NCBI GenBank assembly: GCA_041649045.1
Contig: JBAZNV010000001.1
Coordinates: forward strand, 19,756-83,755
Reading direction: 5' to 3'
Length of the DNA: 64,000 nucleotides
Source of the DNA: Candidatus Pacearchaeota archaeon
GTDB lineage: Archaea > Nanobdellota > Nanobdellia > Pacearchaeales > GW2011-AR1
In this document: positions 20,991 through 30,552 of the stretch, in pieces
How the letters are laid out: every line of letters begins with the position of its first letter
How positions within the stretch are numbered: position 1 is the stretch's first letter
Translations under genes and position numbers: made by a program
The notes under the pieces: generated by a model
What the model was told of the DNA's origin: nothing
Database searches by the model: none
What the model saw: the letters and a program-made list of their open reading frames with translations, nothing else

Positions 20991-22241
20991 TCATCTCCAG
21001 AATTGTCTTATAGAAAGACCTTGCAGTCCTTTTTTACTTGGGTCATCTTTGTCCCCTACTCTTCGGGCATATAGGATTGGAGGAACTCTCTGACTTACAC
21101 TATTGTACCCTAACGAAAAAGCTCTTATTTGATAAAAATCATGATCTACATCTAAACCGACAGCAATACCTTTCTTTTCTGCAACTTCTTTTCCCCAGGC
21201 ATATCTAAACATTACTTCCAATACTGCTTTTCCTAAAAGAGTAGCACCTTGATTTTTAATAAATAATTCTTTTGCATCTTTCAAGTCTTTTTCGGAAAAA
21301 CTTTTCCGTCCATCAAGTTTACCGAATTTCATAAGTCTCATCATAACTTTTTGACAATCTTGCGCAATATCTCTAAAATCGCCAGAAATATTCTCTACAT
21401 CTAAATCTCTCCAGGAAACGCCAAATTCACTTAAACATAATTCTTCTGCACGCTGATAAGTAATTACCGCATCCCTTGGATAGACGGTCAATCCTTTTTC
21501 TGAAGAATCCTCTGCTATTCTTTCAAGATCTTTGAAATGGGTATTCATTGTATCTCTTAAATCCACAAGTCTTCCTTCTGAATAATATTTTAAAAAAACT
21601 TGAGGGAAAACCGAGTTCATTCCTCTTGGCTCCCCACTAAACTGGTGAATATTAATATTGCCCTGATGAGATGCCGAATTTCTTATTATTCCTTTCAAGA
21701 GATTTATTGCTCTTATCGAATAGACTGGGTCAATCTCTGGTCGGAGAGTATCTCTGCCTTTTTCTCTGCTTTGTTTATGTGCGCATAAATAAGTAGATAT
21801 ATTAACCGGATCTCCAGATAGGCATCTCTCAGTAAAAGAAACTAAATAAGAAAATGGATTTGTATCATTCCTGCTTATCCCATTATAATTTATTTTAAAT
21901 CCACTAATTAAATAAGGGAATAAACCAAAAATTTCCTCAAGACCAAGATTACTCCTTGTTCTCTTATCTAAACATTCAAACAAGTGTCGAGCAACTTTTA
22001 CTTCATCTCTCAACGGAATCTTCCCAGTAATCAACGCTACTATGGAAGACATTACCCTTTCCCACCTTTGGGGATTTTTTTGTGGAACTAAATTTAATTC
22101 AGAGATATCTCTTTTTGAAACCTGAAGATGCTCATTGCCGTATAGCAATTTGTTAGCTTCATTGATTGCCTCTTTAATATAAAGTTGTTGTGTTTCAAAT
22201 ACTGACCCGTCTGGCCTTAAGCTATAAATTGCCAAGCTCAT
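20991..22241 (-). CDS. hypothetical protein (416 aa), higher-GC block
   Basis: No recognisable motif; co-oriented and overlapping with HDAC-like gene. Confidence 0.45.
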   Translation of the reverse strand: MSLAIYSLRPDGSVFETQQLYIKEAINEANKLLYGNEHLQVSKRDISELNLVPQKNPQRWERVMSSIVALITGKIPLRDEVKVARHLFECLDKRTRSNLGLEEIFGLFPYLISGFKINYNGISRNDTNPFSYLVSFTERCLSGDPVNISTYLCAHKQSREKGRDTLRPEIDPVYSIRAINLLKGIIRNSASHQGNINIHQFSGEPRGMNSVFPQVFLKYYSEGRLVDLRDTMNTHFKDLERIAEDSSEKGLTVYPRDAVITYQRAEELCLSEFGVSWRDLDVENISGDFRDIAQDCQKVMMRLMKFGKLDGRKSFSEKDLKDAKELFIKNQGATLLGKAVLEVMFRYAWGKEVAEKKGIAVGLDVDHDFYQIRAFSLGYNSVSQRVPPILYARRVGDKDDPSKKGLQGLSIRQFWR

Positions 22242-23181
22242 TTAATTTTCCCTCCAATCGACCAATATTTAAATTGAATCTTGCTAAAACTTCTTTAGTG
22301 GAATAGGTTAGCTCTTCTGGCTTTGACTGTTTGCCATTTACTCCCTCAACAAAGGATTTCGCACAAATTAAAACATCTTCGTGATATCCTCCTTCTAATA
22401 CCGCAAAAATAGGATAACCCAACCGCGAGAGATTGAATCCAAACTGCATATACCCTGCAACACTATAATTCAAATCCAGCAATCTATCTTTAAAATATCC
22501 ATCAAATCCTGCAGAGACCCCGATTACATCTGGTTTAAATCTATCTATTTGTTTTTTAAAAAACTCTAAAGACCCTAAAAGAATATCGTCACCAGATTCT
22601 GGAGGAACTGGCAAATTTAAATTTAATCCTTTTGCTTCTCCATATCCTATACGAGTTATATCCCCACTGCGACTTGCATAACTTCTATCCTGGAAAACTG
22701 AACACAAGAGAAGATGAGGATTTTTATAAAAAATTTTTTCTGTCCCATTTCCATGATGACCATCTATATCTATTATGCAAACTCTCTTCCCAGAATCAAT
22801 TAACTTTTGAGCAGCTATTGCTATGTTGTTTAAAAAACAAAATCCTTCAGAGACGTCTCTACTGGCATGATGTCCCGGTGGGCGAGTTAGAGCAAACAGT
22901 CCTTCTTGAGACGCCTTAATTGCCTGTCTTACTGATGAATAAATTGCAGGAAGTGTTTTCTCATCAGGCAATATCTCCGCCAATCGGACTTTGGTTTTAC
23001 AATGACCTTTTATTTTTTTTAAAAGTGTTTGACTATGTACTCTCAAAATATCTTTCTCAACATTAGATTCTAAATGGACTCTTTCCGCTACTTTTTCTAC
23101 TCCATCTAAACGATAATTCCCATCAGCATTTTTTTCTTGAAAATTATATTCTAAGGAAAGAGGATCATAGATTAGTTTCAT
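22222..23181 (-). CDS. histone deacetylase-family amidohydrolase (HDAC/AcuC/APAH-like)
   Basis: RPPGHHA, IDIDGHHGNGT, EGGY motifs. Confidence 0.75.
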   Translation of the reverse strand: MKLIYDPLSLEYNFQEKNADGNYRLDGVEKVAERVHLESNVEKDILRVHSQTLLKKIKGHCKTKVRLAEILPDEKTLPAIYSSVRQAIKASQEGLFALTRPPGHHASRDVSEGFCFLNNIAIAAQKLIDSGKRVCIIDIDGHHGNGTEKIFYKNPHLLLCSVFQDRSYASRSGDITRIGYGEAKGLNLNLPVPPESGDDILLGSLEFFKKQIDRFKPDVIGVSAGFDGYFKDRLLDLNYSVAGYMQFGFNLSRLGYPIFAVLEGGYHEDVLICAKSFVEGVNGKQSKPEELTYSTKEVLARFNLNIGRLEGKLNELGNL

Positions 23182-25087
23182 CTTTTACAATCCTCCTCGC
23201 TAAAGCCTCTAAGCTTTCGGAATCGAAAGAAAAATGTTTTATTAGGTCTTCTATGCTCCCTGTTTCCCCAAAGTTAAATCCATGACCGTGAATTGTCGAA
23301 GGACGAGATATCCTATTGCCGAAAACTGCTGAAGCCACAAGGGATTTTAAAATCTCTGCGTTACCATTATAAACTGTTAAAACAGGCCGATCATTTTCTA
23401 TGAGGTTTAAAAATTTACTATTTTCCAAGCCTTTAAGGTTTATAGCATTAATCACTCTTGATCCTATGGCATGTCTTACTTCTAATTGTTTAGCTGCTTC
23501 TACTAAATTAGGCACAACAAAACCACTTCCAATAAGGGTAATATCTGGTTTGGAGTCACTCTCAAAAACTTTATAAAAATCAATATTACGCTCCTCCCTC
23601 TTTTCCCGAATTAAACGAGTCACATTGGCTTTATGAGTTCTCACAATAGTAAGGGCTTCATTTGTACTAAAAAAATGATCGAATACATTATACATGTCTT
23701 GAACATCTGCAGGTTCGTAGAATTTAGTTCCCGGCATAAATAATGGTACAGCTGAGACCCCAGATGCTTGATGGGTTTGCCCATTTTTTCCTTGAGTAAT
23801 TCCGCTTAATTCTGACAATAAAAGAAACTTACTTCTTCCTTGAGCAGCAGCATTAAGTTGATCTGATGCTCTGTATAGAAAAGCATCAAAATAATTTATA
23901 AATATCCTTGCGTTTTTGTCGGTTTGAGAGATCCCATGAGCCATAGCCACAGTGTGTTGCTCTCTCAACCCAGTATCAATGTAAGTACTTCCATCTCTCA
24001 ATCTTAAATCTTGTACATCTGATTCATGGATTAAATCGGGAGTAATAAAAAACAAAGGCATACCTTTTGATTTTGATTCAACCATCAATTTAAAAAAATA
24101 ATCTCCTTGCGCTGAGTCCATGTTTTTACTATTTTCGGGATTAATAGGTATACTTATTAGATATTCTCTGTTTTCATCGGGAATTCCCCTCGATGATTTT
24201 TTATTGAATTCCTTTCTTTTTTCTTGTAGTATTCTTTCCAATTTGCCCCTATCTGCTCTCATGCTTCCTAATTCAATCGCTGAAGAAAGAGCAGACACTT
24301 CTTTTAAGGCACCGATAGTATGAAAGCCATTAAAATGATTTTCACAACCGTCAATCAGGTAGCCTTTAGTTGTATTGGCGATAATAAAAACTGGTTTATT
24401 TCTTTTTCTTGCTAAGTCATAAGCCGAAAGAATTTCAGAAAAATCATGCCCATTTTCAATTCGTAAAACATCCCAGCCATACCCCTTCCAAACCATCCCA
24501 ACATCAGAAGAATCAACCTCATTAGTGGGTCGAGACAACTGCTTACCATTTTTATCGAGAATGCATATTATGTTGGGCAAACCTAAAGACCCAATATGCC
24601 TTGCTGCCTCGCTAACATTTCCTTCTTGTTCTTCCCCATCCCCTAAAAAAACATAGTGCATGGAAGGAAGACCCTTTTGGCGAGTTATTAGCGCAGATCC
24701 CGTCGCATAAGAAAGTAGCATTCCTAAAGACCCGCTGGGGCTCATATCAACTCCAGGCACAGAATGCATACATTCATGACCTTTAAGCCTGGACCCAAGA
24801 GTCCTATAGCCTGACAATTCTTCCTCATTTATCCAATTAAGAAGGGAAAAAATTTTATATCGCAATGGTCCAATATGACCTCTAACGTAAACCCTATCTC
24901 TTGAAGGATTCGAAGGATCATTAGGGTTATAATTTAAAATACCCCCAAAATATAATGCAGTCATTAACTCCACTGAAGAGGAGCAGGCACCAAGATGCCC
25001 GCTCTTTGCATTCCTTATTGTTTTGAAAGCATCGGCTCTTATTTCTCTTGACAAATCCTTTAAATATTCTAAATCCCTGATCGTCAT
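23165..25087 (-). CDS. tkt: transketolase (fused N- and C-terminal halves, bacterial-type, 640 aa)
   Basis: GHLGACSSSVEL...NPSRDRVYVRGH, LGSRLKGH, TPP motif GDGEEQEGNVSEA...ILDKNGKQLSRPT, C-terminal pyrimidine-binding domain. Confidence 0.75.
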   Translation of the reverse strand: MTIRDLEYLKDLSREIRADAFKTIRNAKSGHLGACSSSVELMTALYFGGILNYNPNDPSNPSRDRVYVRGHIGPLRYKIFSLLNWINEEELSGYRTLGSRLKGHECMHSVPGVDMSPSGSLGMLLSYATGSALITRQKGLPSMHYVFLGDGEEQEGNVSEAARHIGSLGLPNIICILDKNGKQLSRPTNEVDSSDVGMVWKGYGWDVLRIENGHDFSEILSAYDLARKRNKPVFIIANTTKGYLIDGCENHFNGFHTIGALKEVSALSSAIELGSMRADRGKLERILQEKRKEFNKKSSRGIPDENREYLISIPINPENSKNMDSAQGDYFFKLMVESKSKGMPLFFITPDLIHESDVQDLRLRDGSTYIDTGLREQHTVAMAHGISQTDKNARIFINYFDAFLYRASDQLNAAAQGRSKFLLLSELSGITQGKNGQTHQASGVSAVPLFMPGTKFYEPADVQDMYNVFDHFFSTNEALTIVRTHKANVTRLIREKREERNIDFYKVFESDSKPDITLIGSGFVVPNLVEAAKQLEVRHAIGSRVINAINLKGLENSKFLNLIENDRPVLTVYNGNAEILKSLVASAVFGNRISRPSTIHGHGFNFGETGSIEDLIKHFSFDSESLEALARRIVKDETNL

Positions 25088-25141
25088 ATAAAATAGGCAT
25101 AGATAGATCTTTAAATATTTATCTAATTATAAAGTAGTAAC

Positions 25142-26146
25142 ATGGATAAGAAAAACATTAAACTCTGGGAAACTAATATTAAAAGATTTATTTTTCATAA
25201 TAAATTATTTAAAAAAAATTTAAAAAAAGATGAAATTAAGATAAAACTTCTTGGCGAAGGCACGAGCACTTTAAACTTTTTAGTAGAGATAAATAAAAAT
25301 AAATTTGTTTTTAGATTTAATGTGAATAATTCTCGCTTAGATCATTTCAAGAAAGAATACAAGTTCTTTAATCTATTTAAAAAAAATAAATTTATTCCTC
25401 AATTGATCTATAAGGATTTAAGTTTAGAAAACATTTTCAAAAGACCATTTATGATTCTTCTTTATATAAAAGGAATTTCTCTCGCCAAAACCCATTACAA
25501 AATAAGTAGCAAGCTTATCAAAAATCTCGCCAAAGAAGTTTCGAATATTCATTTATTAAATAAAAATCCCTTGTTTCTAAAAGAGGAGTGCGTAAAAGAC
25601 AGGATAGAAAACAGGCTAATATTTTTAAAAAAAAGTCTTCCCGTAGAATCAATAAACTGCCTCAGAAAAATTTGTAGCCTATTGCCTGTAATTCCAATAT
25701 CAATAAAGAAAAAATTGATAATCCATAATAACATTTGGGAAGGTAACATTATTTATTATAAAGGAGGACTAAGAATTATTGATTATGAAACTGCCTGTTT
25801 TGGAGAACCTGCTCAGGAGATAGCCCATATATTTGTAGATTTTAAAACAGGATATTTATTTTCAAAAGAAGAACAAAATATTTTCATAAAGGAATATTTA
25901 AAATATGTTTCAGATAAAACTCTTCTTGAAAAAGTAAACTTCTTTATGAAATTTGAAGCATTTGATTCTTTTCTTAGAACTATAGAATACGATCTTGCCT
26001 CTAAAAACAAACTAAATAATCAAATCTTAAGAGATACTATGAAGAGTAATTCTGGCAGGAAAAAACTAAGAAGTTACTTTAATTTACTAAAAAAATTAGA
26101 AATTATTGATAAAAAATACTCTTTAAAGAAGATTTATCCTGTATAG
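25142..26146 (+). CDS. phosphotransferase-family protein (APH/choline-kinase-like fold); catalytic-loop Asp appears replaced (HNN instead of HxD)
   Basis: IHNNIWEGN ... IIDYE motif arrangement of APH-like kinases. Confidence 0.5.
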   Translation: MDKKNIKLWETNIKRFIFHNKLFKKNLKKDEIKIKLLGEGTSTLNFLVEINKNKFVFRFNVNNSRLDHFKKEYKFFNLFKKNKFIPQLIYKDLSLENIFKRPFMILLYIKGISLAKTHYKISSKLIKNLAKEVSNIHLLNKNPLFLKEECVKDRIENRLIFLKKSLPVESINCLRKICSLLPVIPISIKKKLIIHNNIWEGNIIYYKGGLRIIDYETACFGEPAQEIAHIFVDFKTGYLFSKEEQNIFIKEYLKYVSDKTLLEKVNFFMKFEAFDSFLRTIEYDLASKNKLNNQILRDTMKSNSGRKKLRSYFNLLKKLEIIDKKYSLKKIYPV

Positions 26147-26478
26147 ATTGCAAAAGATTTTGGAGTTTCCCAAAGTCTCAATTCATATAATCCCTTAAGC
26201 TTTTTTCTTAACCTTCCCCATATCCAGATGATAACATTCTCTACTGTGGGATTTGGAACATAGTCATTTAAACATTGGTGATCTAAGATAGAAATAGCTT
26301 CTTTATTAACAATTCCTTCTATTTCTTTTAAATCCATTAAGATACCCTTTTTATTCAATTTACCAGTTATAAAAACTTGAAGTCGATATGTATGCCCATG
26401 AAGATTTCTACACTTTCCTTCATGCCATTCAAGATGATGAGCCGAGTCAAATGTAAACTCTCTAACGAGACTAATCAT
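26134..26478 (-). CDS. queD: 6-pyruvoyl-tetrahydropterin synthase / QueD-family protein
   Basis: FTFDSAHHL...GKCRNLHGHTY signature. Confidence 0.7.
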   Translation of the reverse strand: MISLVREFTFDSAHHLEWHEGKCRNLHGHTYRLQVFITGKLNKKGILMDLKEIEGIVNKEAISILDHQCLNDYVPNPTVENVIIWIWGRLRKKLKGLYELRLWETPKSFAIYTG

Positions 26479-26965
26479 CCGAACTCTCCTCGATCTTATC
26501 CATTCCGTTCAGCATTAAAATAGCCTTTTCACACATCATCTTAATAAAATTCGTTTCTTCCGACGTCACTTTTTTCTTAGACAACAAAATTTCAAGAAAA
26601 TCTTCATTTAGAATACTTATTTTATCGGCAATCTGCATAATCTTTCCCTCTCTTGAATATGGATTTTTACCATTACCGTGATTAAGAATACAATCTTCAT
26701 CAACCTCATCCAAATAAATTTCTTCCTCTTTAAGAATCTTAAGGGAATTATCTGCGTGATTTTGCATATCATTAAGAAAATATCCAATATCATGAACCCA
26801 TGCTCGAGAAACCATTTTGTCCTCATTAAGTTTAAATCTCTTTGATAAAATTTTTACTGCAGAAACAACTCCCTGAGTATGAGCAAAGAAAAAATCTCCA
26901 TCAGTTGTTCTTTTATCTAAAAGATATTTTTTCGCAATTTTTTCAGCTCTCAATGGGTCTAACAT
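26471..26965 (-). CDS. HD-domain (HDIG) phosphohydrolase
   Basis: WVHDIGY motif, His/Asp pattern. Confidence 0.6.
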   Translation of the reverse strand: MLDPLRAEKIAKKYLLDKRTTDGDFFFAHTQGVVSAVKILSKRFKLNEDKMVSRAWVHDIGYFLNDMQNHADNSLKILKEEEIYLDEVDEDCILNHGNGKNPYSREGKIMQIADKISILNEDFLEILLSKKKVTSEETNFIKMMCEKAILMLNGMDKIEESSDD

Positions 26966-27022
26966 AAAAACATCTTATTTCTAATGATTAAATATCTTTT
27001 GTTTTCAACAGGGATGGCATGG

Positions 27023-27367
27023 TTAAATCCATTTTTTAAAACTCTCAATTATTGGACTCCACAAATCTCCATTTCCTATTTTTGAGATTATCTCGTTAAT
27101 CGGAGCATAAACAATTTTTTTTACTGATTCATTTTCTTCGATATACTCTTCGCTATCGTCTCCAATTTTTGCAAAACATATAATCTGTTTTTCTTTCTTG
27201 TTGTCATCAATTTTATTTATCATTAAAAATTTCAGCTCGCACCCTTGAATATTTTTTTTAATTTCCTCGATGCATTCTCGATTTGCCGTTTCAATAACTG
27301 ATTCACCTTCCTCGACATGTCCTCCAGGAAATCCCAAATATCTCTTTTTGAGCGTCAGTAAATGCAT
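27023..27367 (-). CDS. NUDIX hydrolase, probably N-terminally truncated
   Basis: Nudix box [25 protein letters not shown] begins at residue 12; closed frame immediately upstream. Confidence 0.55.
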   Translation of the reverse strand: MHLLTLKKRYLGFPGGHVEEGESVIETANRECIEEIKKNIQGCELKFLMINKIDDNKKEKQIICFAKIGDDSEEYIEENESVKKIVYAPINEIISKIGNGDLWSPIIESFKKWI

Positions 27368-27506
27368 CGGATATATATTTTAAAAAAATTAGCCCAAGAA
27401 CCACGTGCTTATATTCTGCAGCATCCATATTGCTTTGAAGCTTATCCGCTGCTTGCCAAAGCTTCTGCTCAAACCCGATTTCCCCATTCGTTTGCGACAT
27501 GTTCAA
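27303..27506 (-). pseudogene. hsdM: fragment: N-terminal domain of type I restriction-modification methylase HsdM
   Basis: [36 protein letters not shown] matches HsdM_N consensus; ORF then diverges and stops; no N6-MTase domain follows. Confidence 0.6.
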
Positions 27507-27603
27507 ACAAAAAATCCAAAGTTTTTATGGCTTTGCTTAATTTAATAAATGCGAAAAGTATATAAACCCTTTATGTCTTAAAAAGACATCAATAAGGAAT
27601 AAT

Positions 27604-28653
27604 TTGACATTTAAATGTCCGATCAACATTATGGAAATAAAATATACATTTTGGAACAATAAAGGAGGCACTGGGAAAACTAGCCTTGCTTTTCAGTCTA
27701 TTACAAGATATGCTGAAAAATACCCGGATAAAAAAATTTTAGCAATAGATATTTGCCCACAAGCCAATTTGTCTGAATTAATGTTAGGCGGATTAAACAA
27801 TCATGGTAGCGAGAGATTATTATATTGTCATGGACAGGTGCCGCGATGCAGCCTTGGGGGGTATTTTCAACTTCGTTTACCTTCTCCGTATATTCCACCA
27901 GATTTTAATGCTCATGATTTTATAACCAAACCGAGCACATATAATGGTGCGATACCTTCAAATATAGACTTGGTATGTGGAGATCCTTTATTAGAATTAC
28001 AATCAAATGCCGTAAATAGTTTAGCCAACAACTCTATACCTGGCACAAATACTTGGATTGGAGTTGTTGATTGGTTAAATGATTTTTTAAAAAAAATTAA
28101 AGATGACTATGATGTTGTTTTTATGGACTGCAATCCAAGTTTTTCTATGTATACGCAAATTGCATTAGCAACGACAGATAGAATTATTTTGCCTGTAATG
28201 GCAGACGATTCTTCACGTCGTGCAATTCAAAATGCATTATCTCTTGTATTCGGATTGAGGCTTCCTTCAGAGATATATGCTAATTACGCTTTCGCTACAA
28301 AACTCAAGGAATCAAAACGCAAGCTTCCAAAAGTACATTTAATAGTAAAGAATCGTTTAACTCAATACATGGTACCCGCATCCGCCTATGCTGCCGTATT
28401 GAATACAATTGAAAGTGATATCCGAGGATTATTATTAACAAATTCAGAAATTTTTTCATTTACAGACGTTAATGAAGGATTTGTAGAAATTAGAGATTTC
28501 CAAACTACTGGAGTTGTTGCATTTGCCAAGGGATTGCCATTTTCAAAAGTGGATATTGGAAAGCAAACTATTGGAGGACATAGAGTCCAAGTAAATCGAA
28601 ATTATTTAACAAATAGCAAGAATGCAATAGAGTTGTTAGTTAATAAATTATAA
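27604..28653 (+). CDS. ParA/MinD-family ATPase with about 100-aa C-terminal extension
   Basis: Deviant Walker A NKGGTGKTS, ILAIDICPQANLSE, DYDVVFMDCNPS; probable start at internal Met 27631. Confidence 0.65.
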   Translation: MTFKCPINIMEIKYTFWNNKGGTGKTSLAFQSITRYAEKYPDKKILAIDICPQANLSELMLGGLNNHGSERLLYCHGQVPRCSLGGYFQLRLPSPYIPPDFNAHDFITKPSTYNGAIPSNIDLVCGDPLLELQSNAVNSLANNSIPGTNTWIGVVDWLNDFLKKIKDDYDVVFMDCNPSFSMYTQIALATTDRIILPVMADDSSRRAIQNALSLVFGLRLPSEIYANYAFATKLKESKRKLPKVHLIVKNRLTQYMVPASAYAAVLNTIESDIRGLLLTNSEIFSFTDVNEGFVEIRDFQTTGVVAFAKGLPFSKVDIGKQTIGGHRVQVNRNYLTNSKNAIELLVNKL

Positions 28654-28914
28654 AATTAATTTTTTTGCTTCTTTCAAAACATCCTTGCCTTTTTTTGTTA
28701 TTTTATAAAACTTAAAAACTCTATCTCCGGGATTTTTACAAACAATAAGTTTTTTCTCAATTAATTCCTTTAATGCCCTTGACGTATGTGCCTTGTACAT
28801 CCCCGTTGTTTTCATTAGTTCTACTTGGCTTCTTTCTCTTTCGTTTAACAATTCTAATAACTCCAATCTCCTTTGTCCTCTCGCAACATAGCTAATCAAA
28901 CTTGAATCACCCAT
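28648..28914 (-). CDS. winged-helix transcriptional regulator (ArsR/MarR-like)
   Basis: RLELLELLNERERSQVELMKTTGMYKAHTSRALKELIEKKLI wHTH pattern. Confidence 0.55.
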   Translation of the reverse strand: MGDSSLISYVARGQRRLELLELLNERERSQVELMKTTGMYKAHTSRALKELIEKKLIVCKNPGDRVFKFYKITKKGKDVLKEAKKLIL

Positions 28915-29008
28915 ATACCAAACGAGTGACCAAATCTTTTATTATGGGGTTACCTTATGAGTTACCAATATTAACAACATTTAAAAAACCCAGAAACCTC
29001 AGAAACAT

Positions 29009-29473
29009 ATGCAAGAAAAAAATAAATCGTGGTTTCGACGACATAAAATTCTCGGATCAATAATTGGTTTTTTTCTTTTTGTTATTGGAATTGGGATAAT
29101 ATCAAATCTAAACTCAGAAAATTCTCCCACGCCTGAGCATAATTACATTTGCCCAGAACTTTCAAATTCAAAAATTTTAGCTTACGATAGTTTTGTTCAG
29201 TTATGGAATGTCGAAGTTTCTGTTTATAAAACTAATAACACCGAGGTAATTTATCCTTATAGTCTAACTTCAACTATAATTTATTGCAATCCGGCTACAG
29301 AAGAAGGTCAAAATGCCAACTGGGTTTATTGTGGAGATACCTTTAGACCTATTATCGCTCAATATACCGACAAATCAGGAAGTATCATTAGGAAACGAAG
29401 TGTGGAAATAATTCTTGACAAAAATACGAAAGAATACGTTTCTACAAAATGCGACAGTTATAATTTATTGTAA
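29009..29473 (+). CDS. hypothetical secreted/membrane-anchored protein
   Basis: N-terminal TM/signal; no domain. Confidence 0.4.
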   Translation: MQEKNKSWFRRHKILGSIIGFFLFVIGIGIISNLNSENSPTPEHNYICPELSNSKILAYDSFVQLWNVEVSVYKTNNTEVIYPYSLTSTIIYCNPATEEGQNANWVYCGDTFRPIIAQYTDKSGSIIRKRSVEIILDKNTKEYVSTKCDSYNLL

Positions 29474-29483
29474 ATTTGATTTT

Positions 29484-30437
29484 ATGGAAAATAAAATAAC
29501 ATTCAAAAAACTCGTGGAACTTGTTCTTGAAGAAGCAAAGCAACCATTAACGCCTTTGGAAATTTGGGGAAAGGCTCAGGAAATGCATTTAACTGAAAAA
29601 CTTGGAACCGTCGGTAAAACACCTCATCTGACAATTAGTGCTCAACTTTATGTCGATATTCGCGATAATCCGAAATCTCCTTTTTACCAATTCAGTAGTC
29701 GCCCTGGAAGATTTTTCCTTAAAAAATACAAATCCGGTTTTAAACCCGAGGAAATACCCCTCGAAGAAGAAACAGAAGAAACAAAAACAAAATACCACGA
29801 ACGCGACCTGCATCCTCTTCTTGTAAAATTTGTTAATTCCGCTCCAAACTTCAAAGCTCACGTAAAAACAATTTACCATGAAATAGCGATGAGAAATAAA
29901 AAGGGATTGAATAAATGGCTATATCCTGATTTGGTCGGTGTTCATCTACCATTCCTCGATTTTGATGTACATACATTACAAGTGCAGAAGGAACTTTACT
30001 GGACCGCAGTTCGTTTTTTTAGTTTCGAAATGAAAAAGGAATTAAACATTGGAAATCTCCGTGAATGTTATTTTCAGGCTGTCTCAAACTCTAACTGGGC
30101 AAATGAAGGCTATCTTGTTGTTCTTAACATAATTGATCAGGATGGTGAATTAATGTCGGAGCTTAGAAGATTAAATAATGCCTTTGGAATCGGAGTTATT
30201 CAACTAAATTCCATTGAAATAAATGAGAGCGAGATAATTCTTCCAGCCAAGATAAAACAGGAACTTGATTGGGATACAATTGATTTATTACTGAAAAAAA
30301 ACGGAAATTTCAAAGAGTTCATGGAAATCGTCAAAGGCGACATTACGCTTGGCAAAATTTCAAACAAAGACAATTATGACTCTATAATTCCGGATGAAGC
30401 TTTTCAAGAGTATATTGAGGAGAAGGGGATTGTTTAA
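29484..30437 (+). CDS. HARE-HTH domain fused to PD-(D/E)xK restriction-endonuclease-like nuclease domain
   Basis: HARE-HTH: LTPLEIWGKAQEM...GKTPHLTISAQLYVDIRDNPKSPFYQFSSRPGRFFL; nuclease motifs HERD, YPDLVGV, FEMKK. Confidence 0.6.
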   Translation: MENKITFKKLVELVLEEAKQPLTPLEIWGKAQEMHLTEKLGTVGKTPHLTISAQLYVDIRDNPKSPFYQFSSRPGRFFLKKYKSGFKPEEIPLEEETEETKTKYHERDLHPLLVKFVNSAPNFKAHVKTIYHEIAMRNKKGLNKWLYPDLVGVHLPFLDFDVHTLQVQKELYWTAVRFFSFEMKKELNIGNLRECYFQAVSNSNWANEGYLVVLNIIDQDGELMSELRRLNNAFGIGVIQLNSIEINESEIILPAKIKQELDWDTIDLLLKKNGNFKEFMEIVKGDITLGKISNKDNYDSIIPDEAFQEYIEEKGIV

Positions 30438-30525
30438 GTCAATATCCGACCAAAATTCCCGACCCCTGTGAACATTGAGAAATATCTGATTTTTTCATGT
30501 TTCATTCAATTCTACGCTGAAAAAA

Positions 30526-30544
30526 GCGAATATTCGCGAATATT
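30526..30544. promoter_or_regulatory. overlapping perfect palindromes (gcgaatattcgc / aatattcgcgaatatt) between convergent nuclease and methylase genes, followed by T-run
   Basis: Read directly from sequence; possible bidirectional terminator or operator. Confidence 0.4.
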
Positions 30545-30552
30545 TTCATTTT

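Noticed and set aside
27362-27565. Plus-strand 67-aa ORF opposite the hsdM fragment
   Set aside because: Antisense to a region with clear HsdM_N similarity on the other strand
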